Below, piece by piece: positions 40,171-48,382 of a stretch of 64,000 bases of DNA. Position 1 is the stretch's first letter. Each line of letters begins with the position of its first letter. The stretch covers positions 806,791 through 870,790 of the forward strand of contig CP064974.1 in NCBI GenBank assembly GCA_016699385.1, given 5' to 3'. Made by a program: the position numbers and the translations under genes. Under the pieces are notes generated by a model. That model saw nothing but the letters and a program-made list of their open reading frames with translations, ran no database searches and had not been told where the DNA came from. This DNA is from Candidatus Moraniibacteriota bacterium (lineage in GTDB: Bacteria > Patescibacteriota > Minisyncoccia > Moranbacterales > UBA1568).

Positions 40171-40689
40171 ATGAATCAAACATCCAAAAAACTCCGCATC
40201 GGCTGGTTCACATTCACCTGTTGCGAGGACAGCACCGTGATTTTTACCGAGCTCATGAACGACCATTTTGAAGTATGGCGGAAAGTGCTCGATATTCGTC
40301 ACGCACGCGTCCTCCAAACCAAAAATGTGCTCGACGAACTCGACGTCGCCTTCATCGAAGGATCAATCAATTCCGAAGAGCAAGAAGAAAAACTCAAAGA
40401 GATTCGCGCCAAATCTACAAAACTCGTCGCGATTGGCGCCTGCGCCTGTACGGGCATGCCAAGCGCTCAGCGCAATGCCTTCCCACCCGAACTCAAAGAC
40501 AAAATTAAATTTCTCCTCGACCGATTCAACCAAGGTGAAAAAGTCAAAAAGCTTGACGAAGTCGTCACGGTCGACGAACGAGTCCAAGGATGCCCTATGA
40601 TCGAAGCCTCCTTCCTCGCCGTCGTCAACAAAATGCTCGTCGAATTCGGAATTATTCCAGCAGAAGCAGAAGCAAAAAATCCCGAATAA
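40171..40689 (+). CDS. [NiFe]-hydrogenase small subunit, reduced form (proximal Fe-S cluster only)
   Basis: KLRIGWFTFTCCEDS...DVAFIEGSINSEEQEEKLKEIRAKSTKLVAIGACACTG...GCPM. Colinear with the group-3b HydD N-terminal half, but with tandem Cys (CC) instead of CxxC, and it ends shortly after GCP (172 aa). The ORF opens at 40066. Confidence 0.75.
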   Translation: MNQTSKKLRIGWFTFTCCEDSTVIFTELMNDHFEVWRKVLDIRHARVLQTKNVLDELDVAFIEGSINSEEQEEKLKEIRAKSTKLVAIGACACTGMPSAQRNAFPPELKDKIKFLLDRFNQGEKVKKLDEVVTVDERVQGCPMIEASFLAVVNKMLVEFGIIPAEAEAKNPE

Positions 40690-40759
40690 GACCGCGCGCG
40701 CATCCAGTAAACTTCCTCCAAATTCTTCTTCGTTCCCCATCTCCTATCCTCTCCATCCT

Positions 40760-42136
40760 ATGCATCAAATATCCGAACTCAGTCAATTCAGCATCGAAGA
40801 GCTCACCAAAGTCGAAGGTGCGGCTGGCATGAACGTGTTTATCGAAAACGGCACGGTCAAAAAAGTGGAATTCGCCATCAAGGAATTCAAGCGTTTCTAT
40901 ACGCACGCCATGGAAGGAAAGCCTATTGCTGCGATTCCTCAGCTCCTCGCGCGTATCTGTGGCACATGTTCCAATGCGCATTTGGTCGCAAGTATCGAGG
41001 CTGTCGAGAAAACTCTCGGCATCGTGCCGAGCGAGCAAACCATGCTCCTGCGCACCCTCACCTATCACGGACTCATCATCCGCGATCACGCACTCCACCT
41101 CTACCTCTTCTGTCTCCCTGATTTCTTTGGCAAAGATTCTCTCCTCGGCTTTGACGATGACGATCCCATTCAACACCAACTCCTCCACGATGCCTTTGCG
41201 GTCAAAGCGGCCGGCAATCATCTCGCAATTGCTGTCGCTGGTCGAAGTGTCCATGCGCCACTCCCTATGCCAGGTGGCTTCGGAAAAATTCCGGATACAA
41301 AAGCGCTCACCGAAGTCATCATAGAACTCGAGAATATCCGTCCAGCAGTACTTCGTCTCATCAAGGTCTTTACCGATGACCCCTCATCACTCATAAGAAA
41401 AAGCAATTACGCCGCACTCAGAAATAGCAAATTTTCTTATCTCGAAGGCGACCTCTGGGATATGAAAGGCTTCGTTGTTGATGAAGCAGGCTACCGTGAT
41501 CATCTCGAACACGTCGTCCTCCCCTATTCCCAAGCCTCAGCCTATACCTTCGATGGTGAAACCTATCGTGTTGGCGCGATTGCCCGACTCAATATCAATA
41601 GCTCCGGTCTCCACCCGCGCACCAAACACGATGCAGCGGAAGCGCTCGCTCTTTTCCCGTCCGACAATATCTTCCACAACAATCTCGCCCAAGCAATCGA
41701 AATCCTCCACTCCGTCGACGAGTCAATAGACTTTTTGAAACAAAAGACTTTCGTTTCCGAGCCGGCACAGAAAATCATTCCAAAGGCCGGCATCGGTGTC
41801 GGATTGGTCGAGGCGCCACGTGGCGCGCTCTATCACAAACTCGAAGTAAACGACAAAGGCATCGTTGAGCGTGGCGAAGTCGTCGTTCCGACGGGTCAGA
41901 ATCAAATCGCGATCGAGCTCGACCTTATCCAGTTCATCAATGAGCACATGGACATGGAAGAAGCGCAGATGAAGCTCGAATGCGAAAAAATCATCCGCGC
42001 TTATGATCCCTGCATGAGCTGCGGCGCCCACTTCCTCGAACTCAAAGTAAGTAAAAATGGCAAACCGCTGAAGAAAATTCTTTCAAAACCCATAAAGAAA
42101 ACTTCAGCAAAAAAGCACAGCCATCATCACGAGTGA
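40760..42136 (+). CDS. [NiFe]-hydrogenase large subunit (group 3-like) with a C-terminal extension
   Basis: L1 motif RICGTCSNAH near the N-terminus. L2 motif DPCMSCGAH followed by a ~32-aa tail (FLELKVSKNG...HSHHHE) of the kind removed by the maturation endopeptidase. Confidence 0.9.
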   Translation: MHQISELSQFSIEELTKVEGAAGMNVFIENGTVKKVEFAIKEFKRFYTHAMEGKPIAAIPQLLARICGTCSNAHLVASIEAVEKTLGIVPSEQTMLLRTLTYHGLIIRDHALHLYLFCLPDFFGKDSLLGFDDDDPIQHQLLHDAFAVKAAGNHLAIAVAGRSVHAPLPMPGGFGKIPDTKALTEVIIELENIRPAVLRLIKVFTDDPSSLIRKSNYAALRNSKFSYLEGDLWDMKGFVVDEAGYRDHLEHVVLPYSQASAYTFDGETYRVGAIARLNINSSGLHPRTKHDAAEALALFPSDNIFHNNLAQAIEILHSVDESIDFLKQKTFVSEPAQKIIPKAGIGVGLVEAPRGALYHKLEVNDKGIVERGEVVVPTGQNQIAIELDLIQFINEHMDMEEAQMKLECEKIIRAYDPCMSCGAHFLELKVSKNGKPLKKILSKPIKKTSAKKHSHHHE

Positions 42137-42187
42137 TATAGAAAATTCGTCCAAGAAAACCTTACTGGAGCTCATCTCAAAAATAAA

Positions 42188-42229
42188 ATACTCTCCACAT
42201 ATGCCACAACATATGAGAGAGTACTTTTT
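42188..42229 (+). terminator. rho-independent terminator after the hydrogenase large subunit
   Basis: ~15-bp imperfect stem (ATACTCTCCACATATG/CATATGAGAGAGTACT) followed by TTTTT. Confidence 0.55.
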
Positions 42230-42266
42230 GTAAGCTCAGAAACTATTCGCCTGAAGCCACCACATT

Positions 42267-42710
42267 TCATCCCTCAGATATTGCAATCACGCGCTTTCCC
42301 GAAAGAAAGGCAATCACACAAATCATAGGGGAAAACACCACCAAGGAAGCTATGAATTTAGATTCATCAGCAGGTTCAGCAAAAAAATAAAGCGCTGTCA
42401 AAATTTCGAAAATCACGAACGATAAGAGAGCTTCTCGAACGACTATCCCAGAGAAAAATAGAAATGAATCATTCCGAAGCCAATGCTTCTTCCCCTTCCG
42501 ACTGACAGTAAGGTGAAAAGAACTAAGAGTCGAAGAGGAGAGGATGCTGAAAATAAGCCAGTCGAAACGAGCATACTTCGTATGATCTCCAGGAAAGATA
42601 GAAAACACAAAAATCCCAGAGATGACTACTGTCAAAAAAGCAGCTACAAAGAAAACCCGACTGGAAAAAATACTCCCAGACATATCGACATTAATCATAA
42701 CAGCCTCCAA
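42267..42710 (-). CDS. hypothetical membrane protein
   Basis: 147 aa with 3-4 hydrophobic helices. Last gene of the minus-strand operon that also contains the hydrogenase protease. Confidence 0.45.
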   Translation of the reverse strand: MEAVMINVDMSGSIFSSRVFFVAAFLTVVISGIFVFSIFPGDHTKYARFDWLIFSILSSSTLSSFHLTVSRKGKKHWLRNDSFLFFSGIVVREALLSFVIFEILTALYFFAEPADESKFIASLVVFSPMICVIAFLSGKRVIAISEG

Positions 42711-42716
42711 TTTTTG

Positions 42717-43136
42717 CTAACAAAGAACTTCCGAAAGCTCCCGAGACACAGCAGTGAGAGCAACACTTTCGGCAATCCCTTCCGGCACGCCGAGAATTTG
42801 CGGTTCAAAGGACGGGTCGAGCTTCTTGGCGAGAAGCAAGAGTGTCGAGAGATCGTAGTCATGCGCCGTCATGCCGGCATTGCGGGATCGGGCGATGTCA
42901 TCAATCGAAAGCCACGCTACTTCGTCGAGTCCTCGAACCGTATCGAGAATAGCCCATTTTCCCCGCTTCGGCAAGTCTATTTCATTGGGGTCTTCGATTA
43001 CAAAGTGCGCATGTGGAAATCGATCCCGCAATTGTGGCACGAGAATTACCGGAAGGTTATCCAAGAGTAAATCCGGATTGCCAAACACCGATACGGAAAA
43101 CGCCGCTCTATTTTTTTCGCTCATAGGCATTGGCAA
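42717..43136 (-). CDS. hydrogenase maturation endopeptidase (HycI/HybD family, peptidase A31)
   Basis: 139 aa. VFGNPDLLLDN...DTVRGLDEVAWLSIDD...HDYDLSTLLLLAK...ILGVPEG is colinear with HybD/HycI (GxGN, D, H motifs). Confidence 0.75.
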   Translation of the reverse strand: MPMPMSEKNRAAFSVSVFGNPDLLLDNLPVILVPQLRDRFPHAHFVIEDPNEIDLPKRGKWAILDTVRGLDEVAWLSIDDIARSRNAGMTAHDYDLSTLLLLAKKLDPSFEPQILGVPEGIAESVALTAVSRELSEVLC

Positions 43137-43851
43137 AGGCGATACTTTTCTGTGTATACGCGCGAAGTCGCGTCACTGTTTGTTCCGAAAGCGTCTCACA
43201 TGGCACACCCCAATGAATGGATATCCATGCGCCGGGCGCAAGAAGATCGATATCGATATCGGCAGAGAGATCTCGCACAAGCCGACGAGAAACCGGCAAA
43301 CCGAGTGAGAAAACGCCATGATCATCTCGGCTAAGTGGCTCAATAAGCACATCGATAAACGGTCCCGAAACAGTGAGCACTTTCCCCCAACTCACGATAC
43401 ACTCGGCAACCGCTGTCCAATCATCATCGTGAAGCAACTCATGTTGCGTCTCGCGCCACACATTGAGCACATGAAATGAATGGTGCGGGAAGCCGCCTCG
43501 AACCACCTTCTGCCCGATAGTATCAAAACGCTCCCGCCCCGTTTTCTTCTTCACATCGAGCGCATCAAGAAGCCCCAGATACTTCTTTGGCGAAAACGTA
43601 TCAAGCAAACGATTCCCAATCCAGTATGCCTCAACAACTCCATCATCAAACGGGTCTCGAATACCATTCCCTTCCGCAATGTGCAAGAGGTACGGATAGA
43701 GATTTTGGAATCGCTCAAGGATAGCCGAAAGCCGTGGATCACTCTCACCCGCATCCAGATATTCTTTCATTGTCTTATTTGCATCGGGTCCGCAGTAATG
43801 CAACCGATTCGGCCCAAACGCATACCGACTACATCGAAACACTCCATCCAT
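43108..43851 (-). CDS. conserved hypothetical protein (overlaps and is co-oriented with the hydrogenase protease gene)
   Basis: 247-aa ORF. Its stop overlaps the protease start by 29 nt. No family recognised. Confidence 0.5.
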   Translation of the reverse strand: MDGVFRCSRYAFGPNRLHYCGPDANKTMKEYLDAGESDPRLSAILERFQNLYPYLLHIAEGNGIRDPFDDGVVEAYWIGNRLLDTFSPKKYLGLLDALDVKKKTGRERFDTIGQKVVRGGFPHHSFHVLNVWRETQHELLHDDDWTAVAECIVSWGKVLTVSGPFIDVLIEPLSRDDHGVFSLGLPVSRRLVRDLSADIDIDLLAPGAWISIHWGVPCETLSEQTVTRLRAYTQKSIAFANAYERKK

Positions 43852-43945
43852 ATCCTCCTACTCTACACGAACCAAAAAAAAGCGCAAAAAAAACACCTAG
43901 CCGATAACCGATTAGGTGCTTCACTCAAAGAGAATGAATGAAATT

Positions 43946-44311
43946 TCAAGACGATGCCACCGCTCTCGTTATAAGAATATGAACATCCTTGCCACACTGA
44001 TTTATCCTCTCCAAAACAGCCTCCTTGCCTATAAAGTAACTAGCAAATATTTCCCGCTCACACTGTATCACAAGCTCGTTAGCCTGCCCCTCCAATAAAA
44101 CGAGTTCTCTTCGTGTAAGCCGCGTGTCACAGCCAACGCATCCATAGTGATCACTGTTATCAAAAACATCCCCAAGAGAACTCAGCAATTGATCCGTGAG
44201 CCGACGCAATTTCCCAAGCGCCGCTAATGTTGCCACAGCAGGATCCTTATCGAAATTCGACACAACTGGAACCTGACCAAGAGGAAAAATTTGACTAGAA
44301 GCTGAATGCAT
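43946..44311 (-). CDS. hypothetical protein with a CxxC motif
   Basis: 121 aa. HYGCVGCD plus two further Cys residues. No family recognised. Confidence 0.4.
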   Translation of the reverse strand: MHSASSQIFPLGQVPVVSNFDKDPAVATLAALGKLRRLTDQLLSSLGDVFDNSDHYGCVGCDTRLTRRELVLLEGQANELVIQCEREIFASYFIGKEAVLERINQCGKDVHILITRAVASS

Positions 44312-44397
44312 GACATTCTCCTTTTTCTTTGGTTGATTTTAAGAAACAACGAATTTCTGCAAAGTTTAACACAAAAAATAGTTCATGTCAATATTAT

Positions 44398-44721
44398 TTA
44401 GGCACTTCTATGAATATCATTGTCTTTCTCCCCATCAAGGCGGCGAATCAAATCACGCATGGTCCAAATACCAGCAAGGAGGAGCATAGCAAAGAGAGTC
44501 TTCAAGAGAGAAGCGACGGTCACGAAGAACATCGTTTCCGAGAAGAATTTTCCGAGAGATTCCGAGAGAAGAAGCACAACGAGCGCTCCCAAGAAAAGCT
44601 TATACGACACATCCAATTCTTTCTCTACTCTCCAGACAATACCCGCCGTAAAAACAAGTGCAACGAAAAGAAACAATAGTGTTGCCATGTCAGCAACAAG
44701 CGTAGTAAGCGACAGAGTCAT
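44398..44721 (-). CDS. small hypothetical membrane protein
   Basis: 107 aa with 3 hydrophobic helices. Its start overlaps the stop of the upstream gene by 4 nt. Confidence 0.4.
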   Translation of the reverse strand: MTLSLTTLVADMATLLFLFVALVFTAGIVWRVEKELDVSYKLFLGALVVLLLSESLGKFFSETMFFVTVASLLKTLFAMLLLAGIWTMRDLIRRLDGEKDNDIHRSA

Positions 44722-46244
44722 AGTCGATTCACCTCCTTTCCTCTTCGCGCACCAAAGAAACCTCGTTCAAGAAGCGCCTCTTCACTAACAAAGCGCGATG
44801 CGTGAGCATACAGCCAATACTCCCGCACGAAGAGAAGGAGAAGGAGCAAAAGAAGAAGAATTGACCAGAGCGATGCCCAACCAAAAAATCGCACAGCATC
44901 ATTCCATGTGACGACTATTCCCCCGCCCATATCAAAGAGCGGGAGTTCAACCACTCGAAACGGAGCCTCTGCTTCAACATCGACAGTGCCAACATGAAGT
45001 CGCGCCGAAACACGATAGTCCCCCGACATCCACTCACGCGGAATCGCAATCGCCTCACGATAGTCTCCTCCCCGATGCACCACTGTCGAATGCGAACTTT
45101 CAAAGACTCCTTCGTCGAGAGCATTGCGCACAACATACGAAACTTCGCCGACACTCCCTTCGAGCGACGGGTCCAATTGATTTATAGTCAATACGGTTTC
45201 GAGTGTGCGCCACTGAAATACCCAGCCACCCGTATTTGCTACCGCAAGAGAGATTGATACAGGCATTCCCGGCATTGTCCCCTGCAATCGCTCCGGCAAA
45301 GTTCTCTCGGAACTTGACATGGGAGGCGCATGATATGTCGGAAGAGATACCAAAGCAACGGCCGGTTTTTTCTTCTTCTTTTTGTCATGATCATCGTCAC
45401 CATCCGAACTCGAAGAAGAAGTAATAGTGAGTGTCAATGTATCACTTGCCGTCTGAAGCGAGTACAGGGGATGTGTCACAGTCACCGTCAACACATAGCT
45501 TCCAGACGGAAGCGATGAGGTAGGCGTCCACTCCCAATATCCATTGGAATTGGTTAAAAAGGTAGCATACACTGATGATTTCCCGACAAGTGAAACCGAG
45601 ATACTTGCATTTGGCATATTGCTTGTCCCCGTAAGCGTCGGTGTTCTATCAGAAACAGAGACACTCGAACGAAGAGACACATCCGTGCCGGCAACCGTCA
45701 CAATAGTAAGTGTTGGAGTAAGAGAAGCGATGCAATCCGAAGGTGTCGAAACCACAACCGGGTCAGACGAAGCAACGCCAGCTCCCATCGGGCCATAGGC
45801 AACGACGACATAGGAATAATCTACAGCAGCACTCACATTCGTGTCAGCATATTCCGAATCAGTGAGTCCTGATACAAGAAGCGCGCTGTCACGGTACACA
45901 TCAAACGACGTTGCGCCACTATCGTCCGCCCAATCAAGACTCACAGAAAGCGTCCCTAATGGACATGCTGTATCAGCAGTCACCACCGGCACAATAGGTG
46001 GCGCTGGCACAGTCGCTGAAACCGTCACATCATCCGCAAAAGCGCTCCACGTTGCACGAAAGTCAGCAAAAGAAAACGTCGGCCCCCAGAGAAACCCCAG
46101 AAATGCATAGACAAAAAGGATGCCCGTGGTTGCCCATGCATGTATTCGAATCATCAATCGTATTCGCCGCGAGCGAACCGTGCATTGCCTGAGAGAGCTC
46201 ATGAAATACATTATACCATTTCTCCCAACGCTCCTTCGAAACAA
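44718..46244 (-). CDS. cell-surface protein with FN3/Ig-like domains, a lysine run and a C-terminal membrane anchor
   Basis: N-terminal signal/anchor. SFDVYRDS...YSYVVVAYG (FN3-like). Ser/Thr-rich beta-rich region. DDDHDKKKKKKP linker. C-terminal WSILLLLLLLLLF helix. Confidence 0.55.
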   Translation of the reverse strand: MFRRSVGRNGIMYFMSSLRQCTVRSRRIRLMIRIHAWATTGILFVYAFLGFLWGPTFSFADFRATWSAFADDVTVSATVPAPPIVPVVTADTACPLGTLSVSLDWADDSGATSFDVYRDSALLVSGLTDSEYADTNVSAAVDYSYVVVAYGPMGAGVASSDPVVVSTPSDCIASLTPTLTIVTVAGTDVSLRSSVSVSDRTPTLTGTSNMPNASISVSLVGKSSVYATFLTNSNGYWEWTPTSSLPSGSYVLTVTVTHPLYSLQTASDTLTLTITSSSSSDGDDDHDKKKKKKPAVALVSLPTYHAPPMSSSERTLPERLQGTMPGMPVSISLAVANTGGWVFQWRTLETVLTINQLDPSLEGSVGEVSYVVRNALDEGVFESSHSTVVHRGGDYREAIAIPREWMSGDYRVSARLHVGTVDVEAEAPFRVVELPLFDMGGGIVVTWNDAVRFFGWASLWSILLLLLLLLLFVREYWLYAHASRFVSEEALLERGFFGARRGKEVNRL

Positions 46245-46250
46245 CTCTGC

Positions 46251-48161
46251 CTATTCTCCAAGGAGACTCTTGAGAAGCGTATTCAGCCGCAGAGAAGCTA
46301 CACCTACCACACGATCAGCCCCACCATAATAGATAAACACTCTTCCATTTTGGAGTGTTGCTCCGCATGGGAAGACCACATTTGGCACAATGCCGATTTT
46401 TTCATACTCCATTTCCGGCTCAAAGAGTGGCGTATCACTCCGCGCGAGTACACGCTCCGGATGATCGATATCCAGAAGCGCCGCACCCAAACGATAGACA
46501 GATCCCTCACTTGAGACACCGTGATACAGGAGAAGCCATCCGCTATCCGTCCGAATAGGCACTGTGTTCAATCCGATTTTTTGGTCATCCCACATGCCCT
46601 GCCGAGGAAGAATAAACGGGCTCTGTGACAGCATCGCTCCATCTGAAAATTCCAAATCATCAAAAAAATTGATATCTATCGACGGCTGTATCCGATGAAG
46701 CACTACATATTTCCCATGAATCTTTTCCGGAAAAACACAAGCATCCTTATCATCGATGCCTGGCGGAGATATGAGTTTTGGCAGCGACCAACAACTCCAC
46801 TGCCGTGCAAGGAAGTCCTTTCGCACGATGGAAGTCAGTGCGACACGAGGAGCATTCACCCCATCTACCGCCGTATAGAGCATATATATTGTGTCATCGA
46901 TGCGAGTGAGTCGAGGATCTTCACATCCGGAATACCCGCCACCAGCACGCATTTCAAACGACTCTCGAGGCACATACGCCGGCTCCAAACTCCGTTCATC
47001 AATCGTCATGCCATCACGACTCGATGCATATCCCAAAACCGACGCGTCCCCATTCGAAAGCGCGCGATACAAAATATGTGTCTTCCCACCATCGCGAATC
47101 GCTCCCGGATTGAATACTCCTTTCGCTTCCCAGGCATGTTCCGGAATCGGCAAAAGAACAGGGTTTTTGGGCACACGCTCAAAAGAAACTTTCTTGTCTG
47201 GATAGGTAAGCGCTCGAAGTAATTTCTTCACATCACACGTCGCCACGCAACACGTCGAGTCTGCCGCACCGTAGTAAAGAAACAGCTTCCCTCGCCGGAT
47301 GAGTGCACCAGACGGAAACACAATGTTTGGAACCTTCCCATACAGTTCATATTCTTCCTCAGGAACAAGAAGTGGTGCCGTTGTTCGTGCAAGAATTTTC
47401 CGAGGATCATCCCGGTCAAGAAGCACTGCCTCAACACCAAAAATTTTCCGTTCAGTAAAATAATTCCGTATATGTGAATACACTAAGAGCCAGCCATCCG
47501 ACGTCAAGACGGGTGACGCTCCGATTTCAACATGATCAGTATCCCCTCTCTGGAGACGAATCTCATGTGTCTGAAGGCTTGAATACCATGCATTCCAATG
47601 CGCTTCCGACCACATATCTTCCACGCGATCAAACAGGGCGAGTCCGATAGTTGATGGCGGTCGATCGGTATTCGCCGTCAATATCGCTGCAAATTTCCCT
47701 TTCACCTTCTCCGGAAACAGCGTCATCGCCTTCGCATTAAAAGGCGTCACAAGATGTTTCTCATCTATTCTTCGCAAATTCTTCGAAAGCGCAACAGCCA
47801 CCTTGATGCCCTCTGCCGAGAAAGGATAAGTCGACAGCGCCGTGTAGAAAATAAAGTATGTCCCGTCTATTTCCGTGACGCGCGGATCCTCACAACCAAA
47901 TCGCTCCCACGATTCCTCAGGAACGATAAGCCGTCGGTGCTTTTCGAAATGAATTCCATCAGCACTCGTCGCATGCCCAATTGAAGACACTTCGTATGTT
48001 TCGCCCTCATGCAACACGCGTGACGATTGTGCTCGATACACCAGATCCGTCCATTTCTCTCTTCGCACCGGACAGCCGTTAAATGCCGCGGATCGTTCCC
48101 AGAAATTTTCACTTTCCCCTACCAAAATCGGATTCTCATTTGATCGTTCCACTCGAATCAT
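46251..48161 (-). CDS. glycoside hydrolase family 130 protein with two tandem GH130 domains (beta-mannoside phosphorylase-like)
   Basis: Both halves carry GH130 hallmarks (GCEDPRVTEIDGTYFIFYTA / GCEDPRLTRIDDTIYMLYTA; NIVFPSG / NVVFPCG; YYGAAD / YYGGAD). Confidence 0.8.
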   Translation of the reverse strand: MIRVERSNENPILVGESENFWERSAAFNGCPVRREKWTDLVYRAQSSRVLHEGETYEVSSIGHATSADGIHFEKHRRLIVPEESWERFGCEDPRVTEIDGTYFIFYTALSTYPFSAEGIKVAVALSKNLRRIDEKHLVTPFNAKAMTLFPEKVKGKFAAILTANTDRPPSTIGLALFDRVEDMWSEAHWNAWYSSLQTHEIRLQRGDTDHVEIGASPVLTSDGWLLVYSHIRNYFTERKIFGVEAVLLDRDDPRKILARTTAPLLVPEEEYELYGKVPNIVFPSGALIRRGKLFLYYGAADSTCCVATCDVKKLLRALTYPDKKVSFERVPKNPVLLPIPEHAWEAKGVFNPGAIRDGGKTHILYRALSNGDASVLGYASSRDGMTIDERSLEPAYVPRESFEMRAGGGYSGCEDPRLTRIDDTIYMLYTAVDGVNAPRVALTSIVRKDFLARQWSCWSLPKLISPPGIDDKDACVFPEKIHGKYVVLHRIQPSIDINFFDDLEFSDGAMLSQSPFILPRQGMWDDQKIGLNTVPIRTDSGWLLLYHGVSSEGSVYRLGAALLDIDHPERVLARSDTPLFEPEMEYEKIGIVPNVVFPCGATLQNGRVFIYYGGADRVVGVASLRLNTLLKSLLGE

Positions 48162-48382
48162 ATCGTTTCAGTTATGAAAACAATTCCACAAAAACAATCT
48201 CCACATTGAACACAGACAAAGAAATATTTGAGGAGGCTATCACGGTTATGAAAACCTAAAAATGAAAGTTTCTTTCGCTTCTTTTTGCTGTTCGAAACAG
48301 AGAAACTTACCTGCCAAGCCCCGCAACTCTTTCTTCAGCGCGCCAAATATGGAAATATTCGAAAAAACTACCAATCCTCATT

